Source of the DNA: a virus
Lineage: Duplodnaviria > Caudoviricetes
IMG/VR virus record: IMGVR_UViG_3300044513_001251
Location: 1-43,434 of that record
Reading direction: 5' to 3' (one strand)
DNA length: 43,434 nucleotides
Part shown: piece after piece, positions 33,951 to 43,097 of the stretch
How the letters are laid out: each line of letters starts with the position of its first letter
Numbering within the stretch: position 1 is the first letter of the stretch
The notes under the pieces: model-generated
The model's input: the letters and a program-made list of their open reading frames with translations, nothing else
Database searches by the model: none
Told to the model about the DNA's origin: nothing
Program-made: the position numbers and the translations under genes

Positions 33951-36518
33951 TTATGAATTTAGAATTTTGGTTGCTTGGAATAGTCCAGTTCCAGTATCAC
34001 TGGAACTAATACCTGCAGGAACTGCTGCAGCTTGATTACCAGACCCAGATCCAGAGGAAGATCCTTGTGATTGAACAACAGTGACTTGGGGTGCTGCTGG
34101 TGTAGCAGAAGCAACTGCATCTTCAGATGATTTAGCAGCAACAGTGGTTGCAGTATCTGCAGATGCTGAAGAGAGTTTATCAGCATCAGAAGTTCTTTGT
34201 GTTCCAGCCTCTATTAAAGACTTGACAACACCAGCATTTTTACCACCAGATGTATCTAATTTCTGTGGGATTATATTGCCGCCATGTTTATAAATGTCAA
34301 ATCCTTTTTCTGTTTTGTATGCCTCATACAAAACACCGTTGTGCATAAACTTAAAGTTTTCATGTTGTTTAAGACCAAAATTCTGACTAATATCTTGAGA
34401 AGACGATGGAGCGCCTGCGGGTGGACTGGCAGGTGTAGGTCTAGATGGTGAAGCAGATTTTGCTTTACTTAAATCAACACTTCCAGATCTAGCACCTCTA
34501 ACATCACCATGACCTGTTCTAAAGATGATATTGCCATCTTTATCTTTCAAGTTAACAAATGCACCATAATCACCACCCCGAGCATAATCCATTGTAGTTG
34601 CTCCACGAGTTGGAACTAGAATTTCAGCACCTTCTGCACTCGCACCAAATCTGTTTTCATCTATTTTTGGAATATAGTAATCAATACGATTAAAACCACC
34701 AGCATCAACTTCACGTCCCCTAGGAATCTGATGCCCTTCAAATGCTTTTTGTAATAAAGCCATCTTTTCTTCCATTGAAGATTCACTATTCCAAACTTGT
34801 CCAGCAACTGCAGCATTTGAAAACTCAATCTTTCTCCCTCTAGCAGCATATGCTGCAGCAAGGTCATCCATCATTTTAACCTTCTCTTCCATAGAAAGAG
34901 AACTCTTAAACTGACTGTCAATATGATATGCACTACTACCACCAATCTTAGATGATGGTCCTGTCTTCAATCCAGTTCCATATGTGCCAAGACCACTGCC
35001 AGCTGCTGTTGGATCTAATTTATCATATCCACCAAAAGTGCCCAAAAGAGATCTTCTAAGTCCAGAACCAAGATCACCATTATTACCATTATTATCTGAT
35101 GGATCCTCGTCGTCTCTGAACAAATGACCTATTACTGGAAGTTTTGAAAGGAAATCTTTAAATCCAGTCCACCAGTTCTCCCATCCATTCTGTTTTTCAT
35201 AGTATTCTGATAAACCAAGTGCCTGAAGTTTAGCATAGTCTCCTTTCTTTCTTTTTTGTGCTTCTAAAATACCTTCACCAAACATCATGAAGGTTTTCTT
35301 TCCTCTACTTCCCTCTAGTGGGAATACACCTTCTTTTCCATCTTCACCGATAATCGCATTTGTAGCCGAATTAACAATACCACCATCTGCCATCATTGTC
35401 ATATCTCTGGCAGCTAGAGCAGCATCAATACCAATAGATCCAGCAGTTCCAATACCAGGAACTGTAGATGCAGCACCAGATGCTAATTCTAATCCAGCAC
35501 CAACAAAGTCTCCCTGCATTGCTCTCTGAGCAGCAAAGATAGCGCCAAGACCTAATCCAACCAGTGGGATTTTCTTGCCCAAACTCTTAGCAATTGCACC
35601 ACCAGCAACCTTGCCGACCGATTTTGCTCCTAACTTAGCGCCCATTCTAGCACCAAGACCACCCATCATCTTACCACCAAGGGCAGCACCTAATCTAGTT
35701 CCAGTTCTTGCAGCACCTCTCTTGGTGGCAGATTTCATGATATTTTTGGCAAGAACTTTGCCGCCGATGCCCATGCCAGGACCGCCACCTCGACCGCCAC
35801 CACCCATGGCAGCACCACCTGCCAGTGCTAGACGTTCATACGCCAAATTACCAGATAAGTCAGCACCACCCTCTAGAGCACTCTCTTCAGCAGCAGATTT
35901 TGCATCCCTAGCTAGTTTTTCTGCTTGCTGCTGTTGAGCGGCAGCAATCATTTTTTGTTGATTAGTTTGCTCCTTTGTAGCAGCAACTAAACTCATCGTG
36001 ACAAATGTTAGTCTGTCAATCGCTTGAACTACCTCACCAGACCCACCGCCAACACCGTCATCAATGGTATTGAGGCGTTTGACGAACATATCGTCACCAC
36101 CAAGATCTCGTTCAACGCCAAGATTTGTAGCGCCAATATCTACAATTTTATCACCAACAAATCCTTCTGCTGTTAAACGCTTTCTTGGAGAAACACCAGG
36201 AGTAGCAGCACCACCAACCACACCTGGATTGACTGCCATTGCTCCACCAGGGAGTGACCTCTGTAGAACAGATCCACTAAGCATCTTCTGCAATGGAGAT
36301 CCTGGAAGTGACGGATTATCGCTTCCTCTTAATAGTGGGGTTTCTCCTGGTGGAAGTGTTTTTTGATCATTTAATATATTTACTTTCGCGGCAACCATGT
36401 CCGCTACTTTTTCTTTTTTTTCGCGGTTCTCTAGATAATCATTAACACGATTAATTACCTTGCCAAGCCAATCTACTTCGCCTCTCGTGTCTTGATATGA
36501 TAGAAATCCGTGTGCCAT
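33951..36518 (-). CDS. Tape-measure / gp29-like baseplate hub protein (855 aa)
   Basis: Gly/Ala/Lys-rich helical region, hydrophobic stretch, MADGGIV...AIIGEDGKEGVFPL motif; lies downstream of gp26/gp51. Confidence 0.65.
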   Translation of the reverse strand: MAHGFLSYQDTRGEVDWLGKVINRVNDYLENREKKEKVADMVAAKVNILNDQKTLPPGETPLLRGSDNPSLPGSPLQKMLSGSVLQRSLPGGAMAVNPGVVGGAATPGVSPRKRLTAEGFVGDKIVDIGATNLGVERDLGGDDMFVKRLNTIDDGVGGGSGEVVQAIDRLTFVTMSLVAATKEQTNQQKMIAAAQQQQAEKLARDAKSAAEESALEGGADLSGNLAYERLALAGGAAMGGGGRGGGPGMGIGGKVLAKNIMKSATKRGAARTGTRLGAALGGKMMGGLGARMGAKLGAKSVGKVAGGAIAKSLGKKIPLVGLGLGAIFAAQRAMQGDFVGAGLELASGAASTVPGIGTAGSIGIDAALAARDMTMMADGGIVNSATNAIIGEDGKEGVFPLEGSRGKKTFMMFGEGILEAQKRKKGDYAKLQALGLSEYYEKQNGWENWWTGFKDFLSKLPVIGHLFRDDEDPSDNNGNNGDLGSGLRRSLLGTFGGYDKLDPTAAGSGLGTYGTGLKTGPSSKIGGSSAYHIDSQFKSSLSMEEKVKMMDDLAAAYAARGRKIEFSNAAVAGQVWNSESSMEEKMALLQKAFEGHQIPRGREVDAGGFNRIDYYIPKIDENRFGASAEGAEILVPTRGATTMDYARGGDYGAFVNLKDKDGNIIFRTGHGDVRGARSGSVDLSKAKSASPSRPTPASPPAGAPSSSQDISQNFGLKQHENFKFMHNGVLYEAYKTEKGFDIYKHGGNIIPQKLDTSGGKNAGVVKSLIEAGTQRTSDADKLSSASADTATTVAAKSSEDAVASATPAAPQVTVVQSQGSSSGSGSGNQAAAVPAGISSSDTGTGLFQATKILNS

Positions 36519-36700
36519 TACTTTTTAGCTGCTTCTCGTGCTTGTTTGAGTTGTTCTAAGTGTTGCATCAAGAGACTGGTATAAACTTGACGCTCCCAGG
36601 GCATCATATTCTCAATTTCACTCAAGCTATATTTATGGTGCTGCATCAAAGCAAAGTTGGTCTTATAATACCCTTCCAAAGTATTATGGAAGAGTGCTAT
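36518..36700 (-). CDS. gp51: gp51-like baseplate hub assembly protein, probably reached by a -1 frameshift from gp26
   Basis: Manual translation: IALFHNTLEGYYKTNFALMQHHKYSLSEIENMMPWERQVYTSLLMQHLEQLKQAREAAKK; TAATG-coupled to the next gene. Confidence 0.85.
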   Translation of the reverse strand: MALFHNTLEGYYKTNFALMQHHKYSLSEIENMMPWERQVYTSLLMQHLEQLKQAREAAKK

Positions 36701-37410
36701 CCGAAAAAATTGGATAATCCCACAAGAGTGAATTCTGAAGGTTCTCCAGTATTTGGATTTTTGACTGTAAACTTATGTTCTAATCTAGGGGTGCTTTCAA
36801 AGAATTTTTGAATTTTCTCAAATTGAGAATTTGTCAATCCATCAACAAATTCTACAAATTCTTTTTTAGAAGTTGTGGATTTATCATAAACATCTTCAGC
36901 ATCAAAAATTTGATCAATGCAACTAGCAATAATTTCAACAACACCATCAGTTGTTGGTGCTTGTCCCATGATCGATCCAGTGATAAATTCTCCCCATGCT
37001 GGATATTTCATAATGATACCCATGTCATCGGTAAGCATAATTTTGCTATCATGACCTTCTGGTTTTACAACCTTAACTTCCGACAAATTTAAATTATACT
37101 GAACTTGTGTTTTATCATCATCTTTACAAGTTACTTTCATTTCAACAATTTCACCAACTGATACAGCACGAATTTGAAGGAAAATATACTCCAAATCGAA
37201 AATTGCCAAATCTTCAATTTTTATGCGAGATTGAATACAACCCTTTAATAGAGTTCTAACTGCGTCTTCAATCGCTTTTTCGTCATTTGTCTCTAATGCT
37301 AGTAAAAGTAGTTTTTCCTCTTTTACGACAAATGGACGATATTTGATTTTTTTGCCATTAGACGGAATTTCCAACTCGTACGTTGGAAGGACAACTTGTG
37401 GTAATGCCAT
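36697..37410 (-). CDS. gp26: Baseplate hub subunit gp26
   Basis: MALP...PTYEL.IPS.GKKIKYRPFVVKEEKLLL, FDLEYIFLQIRAVSVGE, FF..TPRL...GLSNFFG. Confidence 0.93.
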   Translation of the reverse strand: MALPQVVLPTYELEIPSNGKKIKYRPFVVKEEKLLLLALETNDEKAIEDAVRTLLKGCIQSRIKIEDLAIFDLEYIFLQIRAVSVGEIVEMKVTCKDDDKTQVQYNLNLSEVKVVKPEGHDSKIMLTDDMGIIMKYPAWGEFITGSIMGQAPTTDGVVEIIASCIDQIFDAEDVYDKSTTSKKEFVEFVDGLTNSQFEKIQKFFESTPRLEHKFTVKNPNTGEPSEFTLVGLSNFFG

Positions 37411-37434
37411 TATGTTCAGACCAGATCATATGTA

Positions 37435-37441
37435 TATTTAG
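37435..37441 (-). promoter_or_regulatory. Late promoter CTAAATA
   Basis: 24 nt upstream of the gp26 ATG. Confidence 0.7.
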
Positions 37442-37511
37442 TGCGACTTTTTGACCCAAAAATTGGCGGAAAAAATTTTCCCCATTTCATGGAATTGAAA
37501 AGTAGATTTTG

Positions 37512-38276
37512 CTACGCTATGCCTTGATTTACCTGTTCGATACCAATTGGCAGTTTCTTTCCACCACCAGCAGCAACTTTAGGATCCCAATTGATTGGTT
37601 CCTTGGATGTCTTGCTCATCTCTCCCTTGACAACATTTGCCTGACCTTTCTTGTATTGATTATCCATTCCATCAATACTACCTTTAACTCCACGAATATC
37701 CTGAACAGTAGTGTAATGCCTTTCATATTTAAATTGAGCGGTTACTCTCATAAGTTGAGATGAACCAAATTGTAGTGGAATTGCATCAATAGCATATGGG
37801 TATGCATTCTCCATTACATATGTAATTGGTCTTCTCTCTGTTGGACTATTAGGACCCAATTCAGTTTTTGTTACTAGAATAGTGCTCGCATATTCAGATC
37901 TATACTTCAGTCTGTTTATTCTATTTGATACTGGAGCACTAGATCCGTTTAGTCTTTCTTCTTCACCAAAAATACCATCATACCATTTATTCAATCCCTT
38001 CAAAATACTAAGATTTGCATCTAACAAGAAAGAAAGTTGAAATTCGGTAAAGATCCTAGTATGTGGATAATCAACAGATCCTACTCCAAGATAAACACCA
38101 TTTTGCGTTCCTGTTGCAGTGTTTACTCCTGGTAGTTGAGCTTCGTCACAAAAATATTCAAGTTCTTCATCATCAAAATAGTCATTAGCTATACCAGAAA
38201 ACATCACAACAAAGTTATTGCTAAACGACATTCCACCGTTTGCTGATACTTTTGCTAAGAAGCTGTTGATAGACAC
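37512..38276 (-). CDS. Tail tube-like baseplate protein (gp54/gp19 family)
   Basis: CDEAQLPG, YPHTRIF, WYDGIF, YVMENAYPYAIDAIPL, VTAQFKY; GTG start. Confidence 0.75.
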   Translation of the reverse strand: MSINSFLAKVSANGGMSFSNNFVVMFSGIANDYFDDEELEYFCDEAQLPGVNTATGTQNGVYLGVGSVDYPHTRIFTEFQLSFLLDANLSILKGLNKWYDGIFGEEERLNGSSAPVSNRINRLKYRSEYASTILVTKTELGPNSPTERRPITYVMENAYPYAIDAIPLQFGSSQLMRVTAQFKYERHYTTVQDIRGVKGSIDGMDNQYKKGQANVVKGEMSKTSKEPINWDPKVAAGGGKKLPIGIEQVNQGIA

Positions 38277-38277
38277 A

Positions 38278-38309
38278 CTAAATACCTATGTTGGTCCAAC
38301 TATATTTAT
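38278..38309. promoter_or_regulatory. Overlapping divergent late promoters
   Basis: CTAAATA on + (38278-38284) and ATAAATA on - (38309-38303). Confidence 0.65.
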
Positions 38310-38739
38310 GGCGTACTCTGGATTGTATAAACCCATCAATCCTGGCAAGTATCGTGGTAATCCAACTCGTGTTATCTATAGATCGTTATGGGAACGAAAG
38401 TTCATGGTGTTCTGTGATAACAACCCCTCAATAATAGAGTGGGGGAGCGAAGAGGTAATCATTCCCTATCGTGCTCCCGATGGTAGAGTGAGGAGATACT
38501 TTCCAGACTTTTATATCAAGGTTCGTGAAAAGACTGGTGTCATCACCAAATATATTATTGAGATTAAACCCAAGAAACAAACTACACCCCCGAATGACAA
38601 AAACAAAAAAACTGCTGCCTATCGTAATGCTGCTCTGACATACGCAAAGAACTACGCAAAGTGGTCCGCTGCGCGTGAGTATTGTGAAGACAGGCAGATG
38701 AACTTCTTAATACTTACCGAAGATCACTTAGGAGTATAA
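38308..38739 (+). CDS. gp4: Head completion nuclease gp4
   Basis: MAYSG.YKP.NP.KYRGNP...YRSLWERKFM, WGSEE, YFPDF, IEIKP; true start at the ATG at 38308. Confidence 0.95.
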   Translation: MAYSGLYKPINPGKYRGNPTRVIYRSLWERKFMVFCDNNPSIIEWGSEEVIIPYRAPDGRVRRYFPDFYIKVREKTGVITKYIIEIKPKKQTTPPNDKNKKTAAYRNAALTYAKNYAKWSAAREYCEDRQMNFLILTEDHLGV

Positions 38740-38741
38740 CA

Positions 38742-39431
38742 ATGGCAACAGGATTTGCATCTATCCAGCGCAACTCCGTAAATAAGGACCCTGGATACAA
38801 AACACTCTTTGAAAGAGTGAATGCTGCTACTGGCGGAGAGAAAAAGTCTCTCTCCTGGTATAGATCAGCAGTCAAGGCAGAAGCAGGAAAATATAAAAAG
38901 AACTTCAACAAATATATCATGGACGAACGCAGAGATCGCGTTGGTGCTGCTAAAGAGCAAGATAAGAATGAACTACGTAGATATACAGTAGCAGGTCATC
39001 TGTATATGTTTGAGTATAAGGCAAAGATGAAGTGGTTGCCTTACTATGACAGATTTCCTCTAGTATATGTCATCAAAGCACCAGGCAAGGATGAATTCTG
39101 GGGTGCTAACCTACATTACCTCTCTCCAAAGAAGAGATTGATTGTCACAAAGAAACTAATACAAGGTAGAGTTGACATACCTAAGGTATGTTTCCATAAA
39201 TATCTATCAGCACACGTAGATGGTTTGTTTTTAGATCTTGCTGCTGATGAATGGGACACTGCCATTCTTCTACCAACAGAAGATTATGTGAAGAATGTCA
39301 ATGGTGTTTCATTTCCTATAGACAGGCAAGTCGTATGGGAAGAGACTGATGAGAAGTTCTACGATAAAATCACGGGTCACAGAATGATCAAAGGTTACGG
39401 CACCAAACAGTCTAAGGAGATGTCTCAGTAA
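38742..39431 (+). CDS. gp2: DNA end protector gp2
   Basis: LYMFEYKAK...LPYYDRFPLV, GANLHYL, HKYL. Confidence 0.92.
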   Translation: MATGFASIQRNSVNKDPGYKTLFERVNAATGGEKKSLSWYRSAVKAEAGKYKKNFNKYIMDERRDRVGAAKEQDKNELRRYTVAGHLYMFEYKAKMKWLPYYDRFPLVYVIKAPGKDEFWGANLHYLSPKKRLIVTKKLIQGRVDIPKVCFHKYLSAHVDGLFLDLAADEWDTAILLPTEDYVKNVNGVSFPIDRQVVWEETDEKFYDKITGHRMIKGYGTKQSKEMSQ

Positions 39432-40648
39432 TGGCAGCAAAATTATATACTGACTACGATTATTATAAAGATCCAACGACTGGAAAGTGGAAGTTTTATG
39501 ATTCCGAGATTGGATGGAGCACTGTCAATAATCTTTCCGAATTCGTAAAGAAAAATGGAAAGGTAGTTGAACCACCTGCACAAATGACAGAGGCAGAAAA
39601 AGCTGCTGCAGAACAAGCTTCGTTAGAAGCAGCAGATGATTCTGGTCTTGCTGCCATACAAACTGGTGGAAGTAGGCATGTATCTACACTAAAAGTATCA
39701 CTTGGTAAATACGACCCACCTAAAACTAATGTAAGTGACACTAGTGCTCTAAGATATCCAAGCGAACCTGGGATTGATTCAAATTCTGACTATGTTGCTT
39801 TTGAATTCTTTAAGTATTTGCCTCCATTTGGAGGAACACAAGCTGCAAATAAAAGAACTGGATCGACTAACATTGCAGGTCAAGAAGCGACTGGAAGATA
39901 TTATGATTACAATCAAGCTGGTCAATATGAACCAGTAGATAGTTACAGTAACATTCTTTTGTATATGCCAGAAGATATTTCTACTGGTTTCAGAAGTAAC
40001 TGGGGTGGTAAAGCGTTTAGTAATTTTGCTAGAGATGCCATCACTGGATTATCAGCTGAAAGTATTATGGACAAATTAGGAGGGACTTTGGAGGGTGCTC
40101 TTGGAAAACTAGATAGAACAGTTCCAATGGGTGGAGCAGCTGCTATTAGAAAAACTCTTAGTAAAATTACTGGTGATAGTTTATCAAACGATGATATCTT
40201 TGGTGCTGTCTCTGGGTCTGTCTTAAATCCAAATGTCGAACTTCTATATCAAAGCACAGATTTAAGAAATTTTCAGTTAAACTTTAAATTAGTTCCAAGA
40301 GACGAAAAAGAAACTCCTATAATCAATAGTATTGTTCAGCAGTTTAAAAAATGTATGCTTCCATCTAAAACTCCTGGCAAAGTTCTAGGGCAAGTATCAC
40401 CAGGAATTGTTGGTGGATTTATTGGAGTTCCAAATCTCGTTAAAGTTTCTTTCATGAAAGGTGCCGATCAGCATCCTTTCTTACCAGTTTTTAAAATGTG
40501 TGCTCTAACTCAAGTTGATGTAAACTACACTCCAGATGGTGCTTACGCTACATACAGAGATGGTCAACCAGTTGCGATGACATTAACATTAAATTTCCAA
40601 GAAACTAAACTGGTATTTGCAGAAGATCTAGATCAAGGTATCCGCTAA
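39431..40648 (+). CDS. gp48: Baseplate tail tube cap gp48
   Basis: LRYP, LYMP, NPNVELLY...R.F...FKLVPR, CALTQVDVNYTPDG, L.FQE. Confidence 0.9.
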   Translation: MAAKLYTDYDYYKDPTTGKWKFYDSEIGWSTVNNLSEFVKKNGKVVEPPAQMTEAEKAAAEQASLEAADDSGLAAIQTGGSRHVSTLKVSLGKYDPPKTNVSDTSALRYPSEPGIDSNSDYVAFEFFKYLPPFGGTQAANKRTGSTNIAGQEATGRYYDYNQAGQYEPVDSYSNILLYMPEDISTGFRSNWGGKAFSNFARDAITGLSAESIMDKLGGTLEGALGKLDRTVPMGGAAAIRKTLSKITGDSLSNDDIFGAVSGSVLNPNVELLYQSTDLRNFQLNFKLVPRDEKETPIINSIVQQFKKCMLPSKTPGKVLGQVSPGIVGGFIGVPNLVKVSFMKGADQHPFLPVFKMCALTQVDVNYTPDGAYATYRDGQPVAMTLTLNFQETKLVFAEDLDQGIR

Positions 40649-41277
40649 TGTATTTTTCAATCGTTCCTAATATCTCATACGATGAGAAACCAATCAGTTA
40701 TCCTTTTTCAGAATCTGATTTCGTAACTGCAAAGAATTTCTTTCGCAGATACAAAATTAACGAAGATGTTTTTTCTAACGTAGTATACTTTCAAAAGTAT
40801 TCAATCACTGAAGGTCTTCGTCCTGATCAACTAGCTGATACTTTGTATGGTAATCCATTCTATGATTGGGTAATCTTACTAGTCAATAACATGGTCAATG
40901 CACAATATGACTGGCCACTTAATAACTATGAAATCTACAAAGTATTAGAAAGCGAATACGATGATCCATATGGAACTATTCACCACTACGAAACCTATGA
41001 GATTGCACAATATCCTGCTGGATTGCATGTAGATGCACAATTTTATAATTCTACGCACAAAATCAATGTAGATGGAACAGTAGTGACAAAAAATGGTAAC
41101 GAGATTTGTCGTCCCGTTACCATTGCCGAGTGGTTTACTGCGGAGAATGAGAAGAAGAGAGAAATCTATCTTCTCAAACCATCATATGTTCAATCATTTG
41201 TAGATGATTTCAGAAAGCAGAACCTCTACAAGAAATCTGGAAATTATATCAACCAGAGACTAAAAGCAACTGGTTGA
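40648..41277 (+). CDS. gp53: Baseplate wedge subunit gp53
   Basis: MYF...P.I.Y, RPDQLA..LYG...YDWVILLVN, IHHYET, NEKKREIYLLKP. Confidence 0.93.
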   Translation: MYFSIVPNISYDEKPISYPFSESDFVTAKNFFRRYKINEDVFSNVVYFQKYSITEGLRPDQLADTLYGNPFYDWVILLVNNMVNAQYDWPLNNYEIYKVLESEYDDPYGTIHHYETYEIAQYPAGLHVDAQFYNSTHKINVDGTVVTKNGNEICRPVTIAEWFTAENEKKREIYLLKPSYVQSFVDDFRKQNLYKKSGNYINQRLKATG

Positions 41278-41329
41278 TCTTTTTCAGTCAATTTTTGGCG
41301 GAAAAATTTTTTCCAGATTTATGTAATCG

Positions 41330-41521
41330 TCAATCAAAATTTGAAATGATACGCTCACACTCTTTCAAGTTTTTCTTACAGAAGTTGTGAACATAACTGT
41401 TCGCATCTGTGCTCATAGTATAGTGAGCGTGAGTGTGAAGTCCCTGAACTAAGATCAGGAACCCCACGACCAACAAGTTGAACTGAGTGACTGGGTGAAG
41501 CAATACCTTCAGGTATTTCAT
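41330..41521 (-). CDS. Small hypothetical membrane protein (63 aa)
   Basis: TGATG overlap with gp32; hydrophobic N-terminal segment. Confidence 0.7.
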   Translation of the reverse strand: MKYLKVLLHPVTQFNLLVVGFLILVQGLHTHAHYTMSTDANSYVHNFCKKNLKECERIISNFD

Positions 41522-42423
41522 CAGTCTTCTTCAGCAAGACGAGCGAAGTAAGACAGAGCATCGTCATCATCAACGACTGCCTCTTCCTTCACAGGAGAGG
41601 GAGCAGCAGAGACACGAGAGCGGAACGACGAGGGTTCAGGAGCAGCGACAGGCTCATACTCTTCGTCATCCACAGAAGGAACAGCAGTGCGCTGGGTGAT
41701 ACCAAGCACCATGTTCAGGCGACGCTCAAGATCCTCGTAGGACTTGAACTGGTCCTTAGAAGTGAACGCTTCCAGAGAGTGCTCGGACTTCCAGACGCCT
41801 TCGAGTTCAGTATCATCAGCACTCAGGGCAGAGACACTATCGAACTCGGAACTATCGTAGTTCCAATAACCAGCAACCTTCTTGATCTTCAGTTTGAAGT
41901 TAGCACCTTCCCAAAGATCAAAGACATTCACGGGGTCTTCATCTTGGAACTCAGGTTGCATCGCAGCAAGGATCTTGTCATGGATCTTCTTGCCATACTT
42001 GTAGAGGAACACACGACCCTCGTTCTCAGGGTTCTTAGGATCCTTCACGACATAGATGTTGCTGTAATACTGGAGCTTACGCTTCTGCTTACGAGCAGTC
42101 TCTTTGTCTTCATCACTACCGCTGTTCCAGAGACGGCGGTTGACTTCACCAACGGGATCCTTCTCGTTGAGAGTGGTCAGGGAGTTTTCAATATACCACC
42201 CACCAGGACCTTGGAAGGCATGGGAGTAGACTTTCGCCCAAGGCACAGTTTCACCTTCAGGGGCGGGGAGGAAACGGATAACAGCATACCCGTTGCCAGA
42301 AGCGTCAACCTCTGGTTTCCAGAAACGCTCATCAACGTTCTTGCCGCTGGATGATTTCTCAAGTTCCTTCTGGAGGAAAGAGAAGTTGTTCTGGGATTTA
42401 CGCTTCAGATCTGCGAAAGACAT
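41521..42423 (-). CDS. gp32: Single-stranded DNA-binding protein gp32
   Basis: DERFWKP..D..GNGYAVIRFLP, GGWYIENSLTT, YGKKIHDKI, GANFKLKI, acidic tail ending YFARLAEED. Confidence 0.97.
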   Translation of the reverse strand: MSFADLKRKSQNNFSFLQKELEKSSSGKNVDERFWKPEVDASGNGYAVIRFLPAPEGETVPWAKVYSHAFQGPGGWYIENSLTTLNEKDPVGEVNRRLWNSGSDEDKETARKQKRKLQYYSNIYVVKDPKNPENEGRVFLYKYGKKIHDKILAAMQPEFQDEDPVNVFDLWEGANFKLKIKKVAGYWNYDSSEFDSVSALSADDTELEGVWKSEHSLEAFTSKDQFKSYEDLERRLNMVLGITQRTAVPSVDDEEYEPVAAPEPSSFRSRVSAAPSPVKEEAVVDDDDALSYFARLAEED

Positions 42424-42478
42424 AGGATTTTCTCGGATTAGTTTGGATTTGGTTTGTGTGATGCCCTATCACTCAGTC

Positions 42479-42524
42479 ATTATACAAGGGCACAGGGTCG
42501 GGCGTCAACCCCCTGTGCCACTTT
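42479..42524 (-). promoter_or_regulatory. Sigma70 promoter of gene 32 with upstream AAAGTGGCACA
   Basis: TTGACG-N18-TATAAT. Confidence 0.8.
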
Positions 42525-42846
42525 GCAGTTTGTCCTTCATGAACTGGACTTTCTGCAGCAGTTCGTCGAACATCTCTTCGACGGTGGTGCCTGGGGTGGC
42601 ACCAAGCATAATAATACCCTGCTTCATGGTCTCTAGGACAGAGACTGCTTCAGGATCGTCACTCAACTTAATACGGAAGTAGAAAGTTTTTTGTTTGTCA
42701 ATTAATTGTTCTAGTTTCTCAAAGTATTCCATCTTCCTCTCGTCATCGAGAAGAACAAAGTTCATGGCAGATCTAAAACAGAACTGCTGTAGTTCCATCA
42801 TCTCTTGGATGTCACCACGGACTAATTCAGATTGAAAGAAGCTCAT
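42505..42846 (-). CDS. Conserved cyanophage/cyanobacterial protein (DUF1825-like, 113 aa)
   Basis: MSFFQSELV...KQK.FY.R..LSDDPEA. Confidence 0.75.
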   Translation of the reverse strand: MSFFQSELVRGDIQEMMELQQFCFRSAMNFVLLDDERKMEYFEKLEQLIDKQKTFYFRIKLSDDPEAVSVLETMKQGIIMLGATPGTTVEEMFDELLQKVQFMKDKLQSGTGG

Positions 42847-43097
42847 ACTAACATCAACTTTGCGCGACTGGTTTTCTTCATAAAATTAAGTTGCTGTGCC
42901 TCGTAACGGAGTTTCTCCTTTAGAGGTTTGCTGATCAACTTGTTAACACTATCTAGTTCAATTTCGTTTAACTCACAGTAGTGGATAACCGAATCAATAT
43001 AATTCATGTCTGGATTGTGCAATGCAATCTTCTCCACTTCCTGCGAAAATCTCGCAGCGGTCATAAATTTATCCTCTAATAGTTGCTTTTTCTCCAT
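42843..43097 (-). CDS. gp33: Late transcription coactivator gp33
   Basis: FSQEVEKI...NYIDSVIHYCE.NEIE...KLISKPLKEKL..EA..LN. Confidence 0.9.
   Translation of the reverse strand: MEKKQLLEDKFMTAARFSQEVEKIALHNPDMNYIDSVIHYCELNEIELDSVNKLISKPLKEKLRYEAQQLNFMKKTSRAKLMLV

Noticed and set aside
38218-38307. Extended start of gp4
   Set aside because: Overlaps the divergent gene; gp4 similarity begins at MAYSG.
41779-42682. Antisense ORFs over gp32, and similar short ORFs within other long genes
   Set aside because: Explained by codon bias of the sense gene; no independent expression signals.
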